Shown here: in pieces, positions 28,758 through 38,764 of the stretch
How the letters are laid out: the number at the start of each line of letters is the position of its first letter
How positions within the stretch are numbered: position 1 is the first letter of the stretch
Origin: Verrucomicrobiia bacterium
GTDB taxonomy: Bacteria; Verrucomicrobiota; Verrucomicrobiia; Limisphaerales; UBA1319
Direction: 5' to 3'
Assembly: GCA_963664225.1 (NCBI GenBank)
Contig: OY760937.1
Location: forward strand, 4,448,001 to 4,512,000
Length of the DNA stretch: 64,000 nucleotides
Made by a program: the position numbers and the translations under genes
The notes under the pieces: model-generated
What the model saw: only the letters and a program-made list of their open reading frames with translations
The model's database searches: none
What the model was told of the DNA's origin: nothing

Positions 28758-29569
28758 ATCTCCTGATCGTTGACGACATTGCCACCAACCGGAAACTCCT
28801 GCGCGTAACGCTCGAGGTGGTGGGTCACACCACGTTTGAAGCCGCCGATGGCCTCGAAGCCTTGCAAATCCTCTCCCGCGAAACGGTGGACGCCGTCATC
28901 TCGGACATCTTCATGCCGAACATGGACGGCTTCCGGCTCTGCTACGAGATTCGGAGGAGCAAGCGGCTCCACGCCCTTCCATACATCATTTACACCAGCA
29001 CCTATACTTCACCCGGCGACATGAAGCTGGCGAAGACTGTGGGCGCGGATAAATATCTAACCAAACCCGCATCAACTGCAGACGTGCTCGAGGCGCTGCG
29101 GGAGGTGATGCATAAAAAGAATACGCGCCCAGCGCCACCCGCGCGCGCCGTGGCGGAAACCTACGTCCTCGAGCAATACAGCCAGACGCTAGTTTGCAAG
29201 CTGGAGGAAAAGAACACCGATCTCAAAGACGCGCTGGACAAGCTTCAACGCGCGCACTCACGCATCGTGGATTTAAATTCCGATCTGGAGCGCCGCGTCC
29301 GGGAGCGCACTACGGAGCTTGAAGCAGCCAACTGGAATCTGTCCTGCACCCTCTCAAAAGTGAAGCAATTGAATGCGTTGCTGCCCATCTGCAGCTATTG
29401 CAAAAAAATCCGTGATGACAAAAATTACTGGCAATCCGTCGAGGGCTACCTCAGCCAGCACACCGACGCGCAGTTCACTCACGGCATCTGCCCGGATTGC
29501 TATGAGAAGGTCATCGAATCCGAATTGGAATCATGTCTTTCCGATGTCATCGGACGGGAGAGCTGCTAA
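28754..29569 (+). CDS. Response regulator with coiled coil and C-terminal PICxxC...HGICPxC domain
   Basis: REC closely similar to that of 25132-26325; LERRVRERT coil; LPICSYCKKIRDD...THGICPDC. Confidence 0.88.
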   Translation: MNLLIVDDIATNRKLLRVTLEVVGHTTFEAADGLEALQILSRETVDAVISDIFMPNMDGFRLCYEIRRSKRLHALPYIIYTSTYTSPGDMKLAKTVGADKYLTKPASTADVLEALREVMHKKNTRPAPPARAVAETYVLEQYSQTLVCKLEEKNTDLKDALDKLQRAHSRIVDLNSDLERRVRERTTELEAANWNLSCTLSKVKQLNALLPICSYCKKIRDDKNYWQSVEGYLSQHTDAQFTHGICPDCYEKVIESELESCLSDVIGRESC

Positions 29570-29699
29570 CTCGCCGGCAATCCCATGAACATCCTCCTCG
29601 TTTACGACATAGCCCCCCTCTGGAGACCACGCCTGCTCAGGCGCGAACCGGGGCAGTCGCTTCGCGATAATCCGCGAGCCGCGCGGCCATCACGGGGGA

Positions 29700-30215
29700 T
29701 CAAAGAGGCTTCGCATCCCCGAGGAAGTCAGGCCAGTCGGTGGCGGAGGCGAGAAGGCGGACAATGCTTTCGAGCCCCGCGCGGTCCTTGTCGCCAAATC
29801 GGGCCAGGCGCGGTGAGTCCAGGTCGAGGACTCCTATCTGGCGACCAGGAATTTCGATGGGCACCACGATCTCGCTGGCTGATGCGGTGTCGCATGCGAT
29901 ATGGCCGGGGAATTGATGTACATCGGGCACCACGATGGTGGCATACCGCGCCGCGGCTGTGCCGCAGACGCCACGTCCACGCGCGATCCGGGTGCATGCG
30001 GGTTTGCCTTGAAATGGCCCCAAAACCAATTGGCCGTCGCGCCAGAGATAGAACCCCACCCAGTTGAGGTCCGTGAGCCGTTGGTTCAGGAAGGCGGAGG
30101 TATTCGCGAGGTTCACGAGCCAGTCGCGCTCCGAAGTCAACAAGCCGGCCAGTTCAACCAACCAGGAGGCGTAGTCGGCCTCCTGTTCAGGATTCAACGT
30201 TTTCGGATTCGGCAT
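29700..30215 (-). CDS. msrC: GAF-domain free methionine-(R)-sulfoxide reductase (MsrC/YebR family)
   Basis: NWVGFYL, LGPFQGKPAC, GRGVCGTA, FPGHIACD, SEIVVP and LDLDS. Confidence 0.88.
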   Translation of the reverse strand: MPNPKTLNPEQEADYASWLVELAGLLTSERDWLVNLANTSAFLNQRLTDLNWVGFYLWRDGQLVLGPFQGKPACTRIARGRGVCGTAAARYATIVVPDVHQFPGHIACDTASASEIVVPIEIPGRQIGVLDLDSPRLARFGDKDRAGLESIVRLLASATDWPDFLGDAKPL

Positions 30216-30217
30216 TT

Positions 30218-31165
30218 TTAGGAGATTTTCGCCCGCAGAGCCTTCCATGCCGCGAGACAACGTTGCGCAGACTCGAATTCCGAAAAGCGGCTCCCTTCCT
30301 GTTCCATCAAATACACTTCAACGCCACCCGTCGTTTCGAGCGCCTGTATGATTTCCTTCCACGGCGAGATGCCTTCGCCAAAGAGAACCCGATAGCCCTT
30401 CTGATCCTCCTCCTTGCCCGGGGCCCAATCCTTGAGATGAACGACTTTGATCCGTCCCGGATTCGCCTTGATCCAGGCGACGGGATCCTGACCCGCTTCC
30501 ATGCAGGTGCCGACATCGAACTGGAGCACGAATTCCTTGGGCGTGTTGGCGGCAAGAACGTCCAGGATGCGCAAGTCGCCATCGATCTTCGCCCATTCGG
30601 CCTGATGGTTATGGAAACCGGCGGTCAGACCATGCGGCTTGAGCTGTTCCGTGGCCTGGGTGAGCTGGCCGCACAACTTTTTCCAACCATCCAGCCCCTG
30701 GGTTCCGCCCGGAGCGCTGGCCAGAATGAGATAACGCGTGCCGAGAATCTGGTTGATCTCAATGGCCTTCGTCATCGACTCGCCCGGCAGGAACGACTCC
30801 ACCGGATTATGGGTTGAGTAACAGCGGAGCCCGCAATCCTCCGTAATGGTGCGCACCTCTTTGGCGTAGGGAATCGTCCAATTCACATAGGGCGCGTAGA
30901 ACTCCACCGATTCGTAACCCATCCCGGCAACGGTGCGCAGGGTGTTGGGAAGATCGCGGGCGAGCTCGGTCCGCACGGCGTAAAGTTCCAATCCGATCGA
31001 CAGTTTTTTCATGGTTTTACCTGGAGAATTTGGCGGCGTTGTGTTGTCAGCGGCGAGGGCGGCAAGCGCGGTTCCCGTGGTGGCGTGCGCGGCGATGACC
31101 GAAGCCGCGGCTCCAGAGACAGTGAGGAAACCCCGGCGGGAAAGGTGTTGAGTATTGCTTTTCAT
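30218..31165 (-). CDS. Tat-exported sugar phosphate isomerase/epimerase (xylose isomerase-like TIM barrel)
   Basis: SRRGFL Tat motif; GYESVEF, FHNH, QFDVG, HLKD and MEQE; start at 31165 or 31189. Confidence 0.85.
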   Translation of the reverse strand: MKSNTQHLSRRGFLTVSGAAASVIAAHATTGTALAALAADNTTPPNSPGKTMKKLSIGLELYAVRTELARDLPNTLRTVAGMGYESVEFYAPYVNWTIPYAKEVRTITEDCGLRCYSTHNPVESFLPGESMTKAIEINQILGTRYLILASAPGGTQGLDGWKKLCGQLTQATEQLKPHGLTAGFHNHQAEWAKIDGDLRILDVLAANTPKEFVLQFDVGTCMEAGQDPVAWIKANPGRIKVVHLKDWAPGKEEDQKGYRVLFGEGISPWKEIIQALETTGGVEVYLMEQEGSRFSEFESAQRCLAAWKALRAKIS

Positions 31166-31628
31166 AAGTAACCGGTTCGATGAGGCCATATTGACCGATT
31201 CACGGCTTGGAATAAAGGCTAATCCATCATGCAGGGAAAAACAAAACGCATGGAGCAGGCAAGGCATCTGGATGCACTGGATGAACAGGATGGGGACTGG
31301 CCTGCAAAACAGGGAACCATTGATGAATTGGGTGCATGACAAAATTCTTCGCCAAGCGAAAAAGTCCTTATAAAGGGCATGTGAGTATATACGAAACGAA
31401 TGCAGCAAGAGTTTCGGGAATGGCCGGGGGCGATTGAGGGTCCGGCAAAAGTCAGATATGAAAGGACGACCGCCCTCATCCCCACCTTCTCCCCCAGGAG
31501 AAGGAGGAGTATTGCGAGCCCTGGATTTTTTGCACGCTTTAGGAGCTGCCACCGCGCCGGACTTAATGCTCCACACCGCCGACTGGCGTTCTGGCTGGGT
31601 TCATACGGTTTAGGCTTTTAGCAGATTC

Positions 31629-31676
31629 CTGAATTTTGTCCTGCACCCTTTGCGACGGGTGCAGGACAAAATTCAG
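31629..31676. repeat. Perfect 20-bp inverted repeat (hairpin)
   Basis: CTGAATTTTGTCCTGCACCC-tttgcgac-GGGTGCAGGACAAAATTCAG. Confidence 0.8.
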
Positions 31677-31767
31677 CAGGTGGAAAAAGCGGCCCGCTTG
31701 CTCCCGTCCAGGAGGCACCGCGCGTATTGAGCGCTGCGCGGGTGTAGGGCTAAATGTTGATCGAAGA

Positions 31768-34179
31768 TCAGTGTTTAATTCGCTGCGAGGGAGTTCGATT
31801 GATTCGTCCTTGCCTCTGGTCCTGAGTTAAATTGAGATACTTGATGAGCGCCTCCAAATTGGTTCCACATTCAAAGGCGCGCAAGTTGTGGACAGGGCTG
31901 TGAGCATCCCAGTATTGCTGGCCGCCTTTTGGGCCGTAGCTTAAACCATCGCTTGTATAGGATTCTGACCAGGTGCCCCAGCAGCCGACTGGGCCGCCAA
32001 AGATTAGGGCGTCAAAGATGCGGTCTTTCAGCGGGTCATTCATGTCCGCCAAAGCCCAAAGCAAATACCCCGGATTATGCCCGCAAAAGTCGCCATGAGG
32101 CATGCCGGGCTGGTTGGGAATAAACCCTCGTTCATTCACATGCTGTTTCATTTTCTTCGCGCACTGGATTGCCAACCGAGGATTATTTCCAAGGCTATGG
32201 AAGTAAACCGGCATGAAAAGAAAATTGGAAATAGGAAACCGGGGCCTTTCCCCGTGCTCGCCTCGATACCAATCGTACATTCCTGTCTCTGCATTCCAGA
32301 AATTGGAATACAGGGAGCCACGGATGGATTTAAGCATCTCCTTGTAGCGGGCTATTTTCTCGTTTTCACCGCGCTGCTCCAGATAGCGGATGAAGAAATC
32401 CAGTGAGGCTTCGCATAACAACAAAGAGGGCATAGACCATTTTCCAGGCAGGTCCCAGAGTTTGATTCCCGCCCCGCCGGATTCTGTTTCATCCCTGTTA
32501 AAGGGCAATTTCCAACCATTGGTCCGAGCGCAATCCAACTGGCATTTCATGGAAAACCGAAGGGATTCGTCGATGCTCTTCAGGGTTTCCATGTCGCCGG
32601 TTGCTTTGAAATAGTTTTCTGCAATCAACATATACAAGGCAGGTGTTTCCGAGGACCAGTTCGCCTCGTCTCCAAAGCCCGGGAATTGCCCATCGCATCC
32701 AATATTTGCTGCATTGGGTATGGGGAATTTCCCCTGAGACTTGAGCAGCTTGTATTTGTTATGCACCCATAACAAATAGCCTTTTGCCTCGGCGCTATGC
32801 CCTGCGGCCAGCATTCCGCGCAGCGCGCTGTGAGTGTCCCGGATGTAGGAGGTTGTATAAAACCGGGGGGTGCACATAATCCCCCCATCTTCTCCCTGGA
32901 GCATTTTAATCAGGCAGGAATTGGCCTCGACGATGTCGCGAACCCGAAGATCAGAAATCTGCTCCAAGGATATGCCTTCCGCCAACCACTTGCTCCACTG
33001 CTTGATGCAGTTTTCAAGGTCCGTGGAAACATCATGCGCGTGGATTTGTTCAATGATGCCCTTGCTGTCATCCTTGGTTCGGTGAGCATAGTGATAAAAA
33101 CCGGTTTGATAGGTCTTCCCGGGCTCGATGGTTGCCCCTTTTGTTCTCATGCTATACCTGCCATCAGAAATTTCAGTTAAAGACTGCGGTTCAGACGCGG
33201 CAATCGTCACTCCCAAATCGCCCTCTTGAATCATGCGCAGACCAACTTTCTCTATTATGGTGGGTTTCGTATTTACTGCAGACCCGCCGCTATCCCTGGC
33301 GACCGCGGGCTTGATGCTTGCTTTTATGACGCAAACATGAGGATTGGCCGTCTCATTCTTCACAAACACGGCTCTTATCACGAGAGGCGTGCCCTGAAGC
33401 GCGAAATCGATTAAATGCACGGTGATGCCCCCAATATTGGTCACACTCGCGAATGCTCCGGTTCCTCTGACTCGCTTCAAATCTTTGCCAAGAGAATATT
33501 CCTTGCCATCCAGGCTTATTGAAACCTTTTCCTCTTCAACATAGCTGACCGATGAATAGGCAGGCCCTATCAAATAATCCCAAACCCCATCGGGGCTGCC
33601 GCCAGCGCCAGCAATGCCATTTCCAAAGAAATTCTTCTCGAGCGGGCCCAAGTAGGGTGTCTGTGGCGGCAATGGTGTGCTTCCCAAAAGCAGTTTGCTG
33701 TGCGAATCCCTTTTAGTGAATGAAAACCATTCGATCACAGGACTAAATGTTCCATTGGCTCCCAGCAAGGCCAAATATACAGAATGCACACCCTCCACGT
33801 CATAAATTCCGGCTTGGGCGATATACCAATCCGTGCCGCCATCCCTCTGGGAAATCAGACACTTGCCGATTTGTTTGCCGGAAGGGCTGTCCAGCCGAAT
33901 ATCGATCCAGCCGGTGGGCAAATAGATCGCGCGGACATTCGCAATGAAACCGGAAACCTGGTTCCCTTGACCAAAGTCCACATTCTGAAATTCGTAAGTT
34001 CCAGACGACGGAATGCGATCAAATGCCGTCATTTGAATCTTATCAAAGGCACTCTTGGTCGGCTGCGATGCCAATTTTGATCCTTTGCCTGTTTTAGCGC
34101 TGCCGTGCGCCAATGGCGCTAATGACAAACAGATAAGAATCAATGAGGCGCAAATGAACCGTGCGGCGCTGCATTTCAT
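31768..34179 (-). CDS. Secreted CBM6 plus six-hairpin (GH15-like) glycoside hydrolase
   Basis: Signal peptide; CBM6-like NVDFG...IRLDSPSGKQIG...GVHSVYL; YTTSYIRD resembles the GH15 YxxxWxRD motif; visibly lower GC than flanks. Confidence 0.6.
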   Translation of the reverse strand: MKCSAARFICASLILICLSLAPLAHGSAKTGKGSKLASQPTKSAFDKIQMTAFDRIPSSGTYEFQNVDFGQGNQVSGFIANVRAIYLPTGWIDIRLDSPSGKQIGKCLISQRDGGTDWYIAQAGIYDVEGVHSVYLALLGANGTFSPVIEWFSFTKRDSHSKLLLGSTPLPPQTPYLGPLEKNFFGNGIAGAGGSPDGVWDYLIGPAYSSVSYVEEEKVSISLDGKEYSLGKDLKRVRGTGAFASVTNIGGITVHLIDFALQGTPLVIRAVFVKNETANPHVCVIKASIKPAVARDSGGSAVNTKPTIIEKVGLRMIQEGDLGVTIAASEPQSLTEISDGRYSMRTKGATIEPGKTYQTGFYHYAHRTKDDSKGIIEQIHAHDVSTDLENCIKQWSKWLAEGISLEQISDLRVRDIVEANSCLIKMLQGEDGGIMCTPRFYTTSYIRDTHSALRGMLAAGHSAEAKGYLLWVHNKYKLLKSQGKFPIPNAANIGCDGQFPGFGDEANWSSETPALYMLIAENYFKATGDMETLKSIDESLRFSMKCQLDCARTNGWKLPFNRDETESGGAGIKLWDLPGKWSMPSLLLCEASLDFFIRYLEQRGENEKIARYKEMLKSIRGSLYSNFWNAETGMYDWYRGEHGERPRFPISNFLFMPVYFHSLGNNPRLAIQCAKKMKQHVNERGFIPNQPGMPHGDFCGHNPGYLLWALADMNDPLKDRIFDALIFGGPVGCWGTWSESYTSDGLSYGPKGGQQYWDAHSPVHNLRAFECGTNLEALIKYLNLTQDQRQGRINRTPSQRIKH

Positions 34180-34243
34180 GGTGTTAAACGCAAAAGGGTC
34201 GGTCCCGGAATTCGGATTATTGTATATTGTATTGTTCATGAAA

Positions 34244-34740
34244 GTGAAAGTGGTCAGATCATGGAAACGTTCATTTATTATATACTTATACCATTCATCT
34301 AATTCCCTATTGAGCCTGCGGCTGCTTTTGATTTTGCATTCATTTATGCACGTTCGCGTTGGCCGCGGTCACCTGCTTGCGGAAGTAATCCTCACGGCTG
34401 GCAGAACGTGAAAGGGGTCAGACCATGAAAACGTTCATTTATTATTTACTTATACCATTCATTTTATTCCCTATTGAGCCTGCAGCTGCTTTTGATTTTG
34501 CATCCACTTATGCACGTTCGCGTTGGTCACGGTCACCTGCTTGCGGAAGTCTTCCTCACGGCGATCATCCACGACGGCACTGTTGACTGCCACAGAGGCG
34601 CTTGTATTGGCAATGCCCAACACATCCAATCCTCCCCGCACATCCCGGCTGATGTATTTGTTAACTGTATTGGCGGGGGACCTGTCCCGTTCAAGACAAA
34701 CGGTGATTCCTAGCCGCCGCTCCTGACGGCTGCCAGAACG
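34244..34740. repeat. Imperfect tandem duplication (164-bp short copy plus a long copy with a 168-bp extra segment)
   Basis: 34244-34398 resembles 34408-34562; the short copy then continues like 34731-34740. Confidence 0.85.
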
Positions 34741-35160
34741 GGAAGATGTCTGCGCAGAACATTTCACACGAACCGATTGTGCGCCCATTCGAGCCGTTGG
34801 ACAACCTTCGTTTTGTCGCTGTTTTCCGACGGGCGCATGACAAAAATCAGCAAGTGGAAAAAACGGCTCACGCGCTCTTACCGTAACGCGGGATGCCTCG
34901 CCTGCGGGTTCCAAGGGCGGCCTCGCCCCAGGACCTCACCGTATATACTCCAATGGCCTTTATTGGGGCTTTTTCCCATCGCCGAAGAATTTTGTTCCAC
35001 GCCCCTCGCAGCCTTTTTTCGGATTTGACGATTTGGCCTTTGCGTCCAAAGATAAAGCATGAGCCCGATCTTTAATCTACCCATCATTAACCGCGTAGTG
35101 TCCAAAGCCAGTTGTCGATCCGCGGCAGGGCGGAATCAGAATGAACAGCGCATCCTGGTT

Positions 35161-36312
35161 ATGGCTGCTTCCCTTATCTTTTGCGCGCTTTTGGTGACGC
35201 CGCTTGTCGCAGCTCCGACACCGGTCGCCGCGCCCGGCAAGAAGCTCATCGAATATGGCTGGGACGTGCCAACGCCCGTCCAGATGCGCGATGAACTTTC
35301 CGCCATGGAAAAACGTCCGTTCGATGGGCTTATCTTCCGGTTGAGCGCCGGCCACAACGCATTCGTCACGAAACCACTGGAGGCGGCCAATTTCGCGGAG
35401 GACGAACGCATCCTCCGGGACTTGCCCTTCACGCGCTTCAGCGACAACTTTGTGTTGGTCTGGGGCTCGCCGCCGGCCGACTTCGATTGGTTCAATGACA
35501 CCCAGTGGAGTGCGATCGAGGCGAACGCCAGGTTGCTCGTGGGCATTGCCCAAGCCGGTCGCGTGCGGGGCATCTGCTTTGATCCTGAGCCGTATGACTT
35601 CAGCTTGTGGGACTATGCCAAACAGTCTGCGACTAATTCCCACACCTTCGCCGAGTACCGGGCCAAAGTGCGGCAGCGCGGCGCCCAGCTCATGCGCGCG
35701 TTTGAGAAGCCCATGCCCGGTGCCACCATCCTGACATTCTTTCACGTGAGCCTCTTTGATCGATTTGCGACGCTGTCCGAGGCCCAGCGCACGGAGCGGT
35801 TGGCGAAGGATGGCTGGGGGCTCATGCCCGATTTCTTCGTGGGCATGTTGGAAGGCGCCAGCCCCAAGGCGCGGTTCATCGATGGCAACGAGAACGCCTA
35901 CTATTACACCTCACGCGAGCAATATTTCCGAGGGTATCATGCCATGCGCGAACGCGCGCGGGGCCTGGTGCCCGCCGATCTTCGCGAGAAATACGACCGG
36001 CAGGTTCAGGCGGGGCAGGCGCTCTACGTGGACCAGAACTTTGCTCTGCGGCAGCCCAACACGGAGCAGTATGTGAGCTTTCGCATGACGCCGGAGGAGC
36101 GAGCCAGATGGTTTGAGCACAACACCTACTGGGCTCTTTACACCACGGACGAATATGTCTGGTGCTACAGCGAACGGATGAACTGGTGGAAAAACCAGGT
36201 GCCGCCCGGTCTGGAGTCGGCTATCGTGAGCGCGCGGCAGAAAATCGCCGAGGGCAAGCCCTTTGGTTTCGACATTGAGCCGCTCATTGAAGCCGTCGGC
36301 AAGCGAAAGTAA
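35161..36312 (+). CDS. Secreted hypothetical protein, possible TIM-barrel glycoside hydrolase
   Basis: Signal peptide; KKLIEYGWD, PFDG, GICFDPEPY, FIDGNE and DEYVWCYSE. Confidence 0.6.
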   Translation: MAASLIFCALLVTPLVAAPTPVAAPGKKLIEYGWDVPTPVQMRDELSAMEKRPFDGLIFRLSAGHNAFVTKPLEAANFAEDERILRDLPFTRFSDNFVLVWGSPPADFDWFNDTQWSAIEANARLLVGIAQAGRVRGICFDPEPYDFSLWDYAKQSATNSHTFAEYRAKVRQRGAQLMRAFEKPMPGATILTFFHVSLFDRFATLSEAQRTERLAKDGWGLMPDFFVGMLEGASPKARFIDGNENAYYYTSREQYFRGYHAMRERARGLVPADLREKYDRQVQAGQALYVDQNFALRQPNTEQYVSFRMTPEERARWFEHNTYWALYTTDEYVWCYSERMNWWKNQVPPGLESAIVSARQKIAEGKPFGFDIEPLIEAVGKRK

Positions 36313-36367
36313 GCGATAGTCGTGCCGCGGGCCATCGACCCAGCCCGAATGATCCATGACGGAAAGC

Positions 36368-37534
36368 TTACTGCACCCGTCCGTGCCTTTCCAATGGGGG
36401 CAGCGCGGGGAATGGAGCATGCGGCTCGGCCTGATACCAATAGGCGACCGAGGCGATATCGTCCGAGAGTAACTTGTATTTGCCGTCGTCACCCCAGCCC
36501 AGGGCCTGAATGGTGACCTTCAAATCGTGGTTGAAGCAGATGGGGTCCAGGATGTGCCATCGATAGAGGCTCCAATAATTCGGCGGCTGATGGTTGTCGC
36601 TGGCGGGAAGAGTGGTTCCACAGTAGGCGGTTGTGAAGGACTCTGGGAAACCGTAACTCCCGCCAAAATAATCCTCTGTGCCCGTGCCGCAAATGGTGGG
36701 GAACTGGCCGTCGCCGTCCATGAAGAATTTGATTTCACCTTCTCCGAACCAGCCCTTGCGGCGTTGCGTATAGGCCAGAAAGGTGCCGACATAGCGACCT
36801 TTACCCTTCACGCCATCCAGGATCACGTAGGGATTCTGCTGCGCGGTGTCTGCCCGGCGCCATTGGGCGTGGAAGTAGCCTGTATGCGCAGGCACCGGCG
36901 CCAGGGCATAATTGATCTGGAAGGCCAGCAACTCGAGGTCCTTGCCGGCTTCGTTCGAGAAGGTCACGCGGGCATGGCGCTTGAAGGGCATGGGCCAATA
37001 GCAATTCATGGCGTTGGCGGGGTTCACGACCACGACCTGGGAATTGACACGGGCAAACGACTCGTGCCCCACCGCGAAGAAATCCGGCGCGGGAACCTCG
37101 ACGGATGGGGTGGCCTCGTTGTCCCAGTAAATACGCACAATATTGGCCCGGCTCAGGCCTTCCACCATCCAGATATGCTGAATCACGCCGGGACCGTCCA
37201 CGTCCATCAGCGTAACGGTTTGGCCTGCGTTCACCCGGAGAAAGGGTTTAACCTTCCAACCCTGGCCGAGATTGTCGGCGGCCCGTGCACTGGCCGCAGG
37301 CTTGGATTCGCCCGGATTGGGAATCGCCATGCCACCCTGACCCTTGGCGCCGGTCAGGTTTTCGGCCGAGATCGAACGCGTCTGCGCATCGGTCAGCACG
37401 GGCAAACTGGCCAGGCCGCCGCTCAGAGCGGGCGATGAAAACGAGGCGGTTGGTTTTTGGCAGGGAGTGCCACAACCTGTCAACCAGGCGAACAGCGAGG
37501 CTGATAGAACCAGAGCGAAATTACGGGGATTCAT
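36368..37534 (-). CDS. DUF2961 / GH172 family glycoside hydrolase lipoprotein
   Basis: LTGC lipobox; RSISAEN, GPGVIQHIW, NCYWPMPF, WFGEGE, GTGTEDYF and SVAYWYQAEP. Confidence 0.88.
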   Translation of the reverse strand: MNPRNFALVLSASLFAWLTGCGTPCQKPTASFSSPALSGGLASLPVLTDAQTRSISAENLTGAKGQGGMAIPNPGESKPAASARAADNLGQGWKVKPFLRVNAGQTVTLMDVDGPGVIQHIWMVEGLSRANIVRIYWDNEATPSVEVPAPDFFAVGHESFARVNSQVVVVNPANAMNCYWPMPFKRHARVTFSNEAGKDLELLAFQINYALAPVPAHTGYFHAQWRRADTAQQNPYVILDGVKGKGRYVGTFLAYTQRRKGWFGEGEIKFFMDGDGQFPTICGTGTEDYFGGSYGFPESFTTAYCGTTLPASDNHQPPNYWSLYRWHILDPICFNHDLKVTIQALGWGDDGKYKLLSDDIASVAYWYQAEPHAPFPALPPLERHGRVQ

Positions 37535-37751
37535 GCGTCCAATATTCCGTGGCCGATGGCTTCACGCAACGATAATGAAAGGGCTAATTCGGCATGGAAT
37601 TAACCGCAAAGCACATTCCCGAGCAGCGACCGCGCGTCAACGACCTGCGTGTCGAGTTCCTTCGGACCCGCGCTCTTGGCCTCCTCCGCAGTCAACGACA
37701 GAGCGGCAAGAAGCACGGGCAAAATGGAGGAAATTGGCTGGAGCGTTCTGG

Positions 37752-38396
37752 TCATGCGACTGGTGATTTGGCGTGGTCATTGAAATAACCATATGCGCAC
37801 TCCACGGACTTGACTGTGAGCCACCAATCCAGTGCAAGAATCATGGCGCCGCCGCCCAAAATAATGCCGAGAATCATCCCGGTGGTCACCTGAAACGGAA
37901 GGCCGAACATTCCCTGGAGATTGTGGGCTGTTGAATGATCAACCAGGGCGATTGAGGCGGATGCAATACACACCAATCCCAGGATGCTCGTTGTAAAAAC
38001 AGCGACTTGCCGCGCAGCCTTTCGCATGCGGGCGGAGTCCGCGCCGCTGTGGGCCAGCCAACAGCCGATAAAAAGTCCGGCAGGCAAGGCAAGCATGACA
38101 TTGAACACCGGAACTCCCATGAAAAATCCGAACATCCCGATGGAATAAAACAGGTAAACGGCCATCCAGACCCAGGACTTCATCGAATAGGCGCGACGAA
38201 CCCAACCTCCAAGGAAAATCACATCAACGAGGATCCCCAAAAGAATCCCGCCCAGGGCAAAAAGAACAATCCGGGATTCTGGAACGAAAGGGATGCTGAT
38301 CCACCACCCCGCCAGAAAGCAGGCGATGACAGGCACCGCTCCAAATATAATGCCTATCCCTGCATTTTCGATTTTTCGCATCGCATTTGTTTTCAT
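37752..38396 (-). CDS. Hypothetical integral membrane protein
   Basis: About 6 hydrophobic segments; GMFGFFMGVPVFN. Confidence 0.7.
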   Translation of the reverse strand: MKTNAMRKIENAGIGIIFGAVPVIACFLAGWWISIPFVPESRIVLFALGGILLGILVDVIFLGGWVRRAYSMKSWVWMAVYLFYSIGMFGFFMGVPVFNVMLALPAGLFIGCWLAHSGADSARMRKAARQVAVFTTSILGLVCIASASIALVDHSTAHNLQGMFGLPFQVTTGMILGIILGGGAMILALDWWLTVKSVECAYGYFNDHAKSPVA

Positions 38397-38764
38397 AATT
38401 GATCAGGACTGATGTGAAAGTGCCTGACGATCAATCCACCACCGGAGGTCTCTCCGCGGCGACGATATTCAGTATGGTCCGATGGAGTGATCGAGTCAAG
38501 TAGAATAACATGTATGAAAAAGCTGAAATGAGGACATTGCCTTGCAAGAATACGGGGATCGGCGGTGGCAGAATGGACGGATGCCAGGCTTGGGCAATGG
38601 AGAGAACAGGATTTAAATCAACGCGCACAGCGTCGGGAATTCTGGAGAGCGATCACACCGGGTGGAACTCTGCGTTCAACCCGGTGTTGAGAGATTGAAA
38701 CCAGTTCCGCGTTGCCGAAGCGTATTGGCATTTCGTTTTCGTCAACCATTCTGCCCAATGATCC

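Noticed and set aside
29585..30067. 160-aa plus-strand ORF as a real gene
   Set aside because: Only the first ~9 codons resemble a REC start; the rest is antisense to the msrC-like gene
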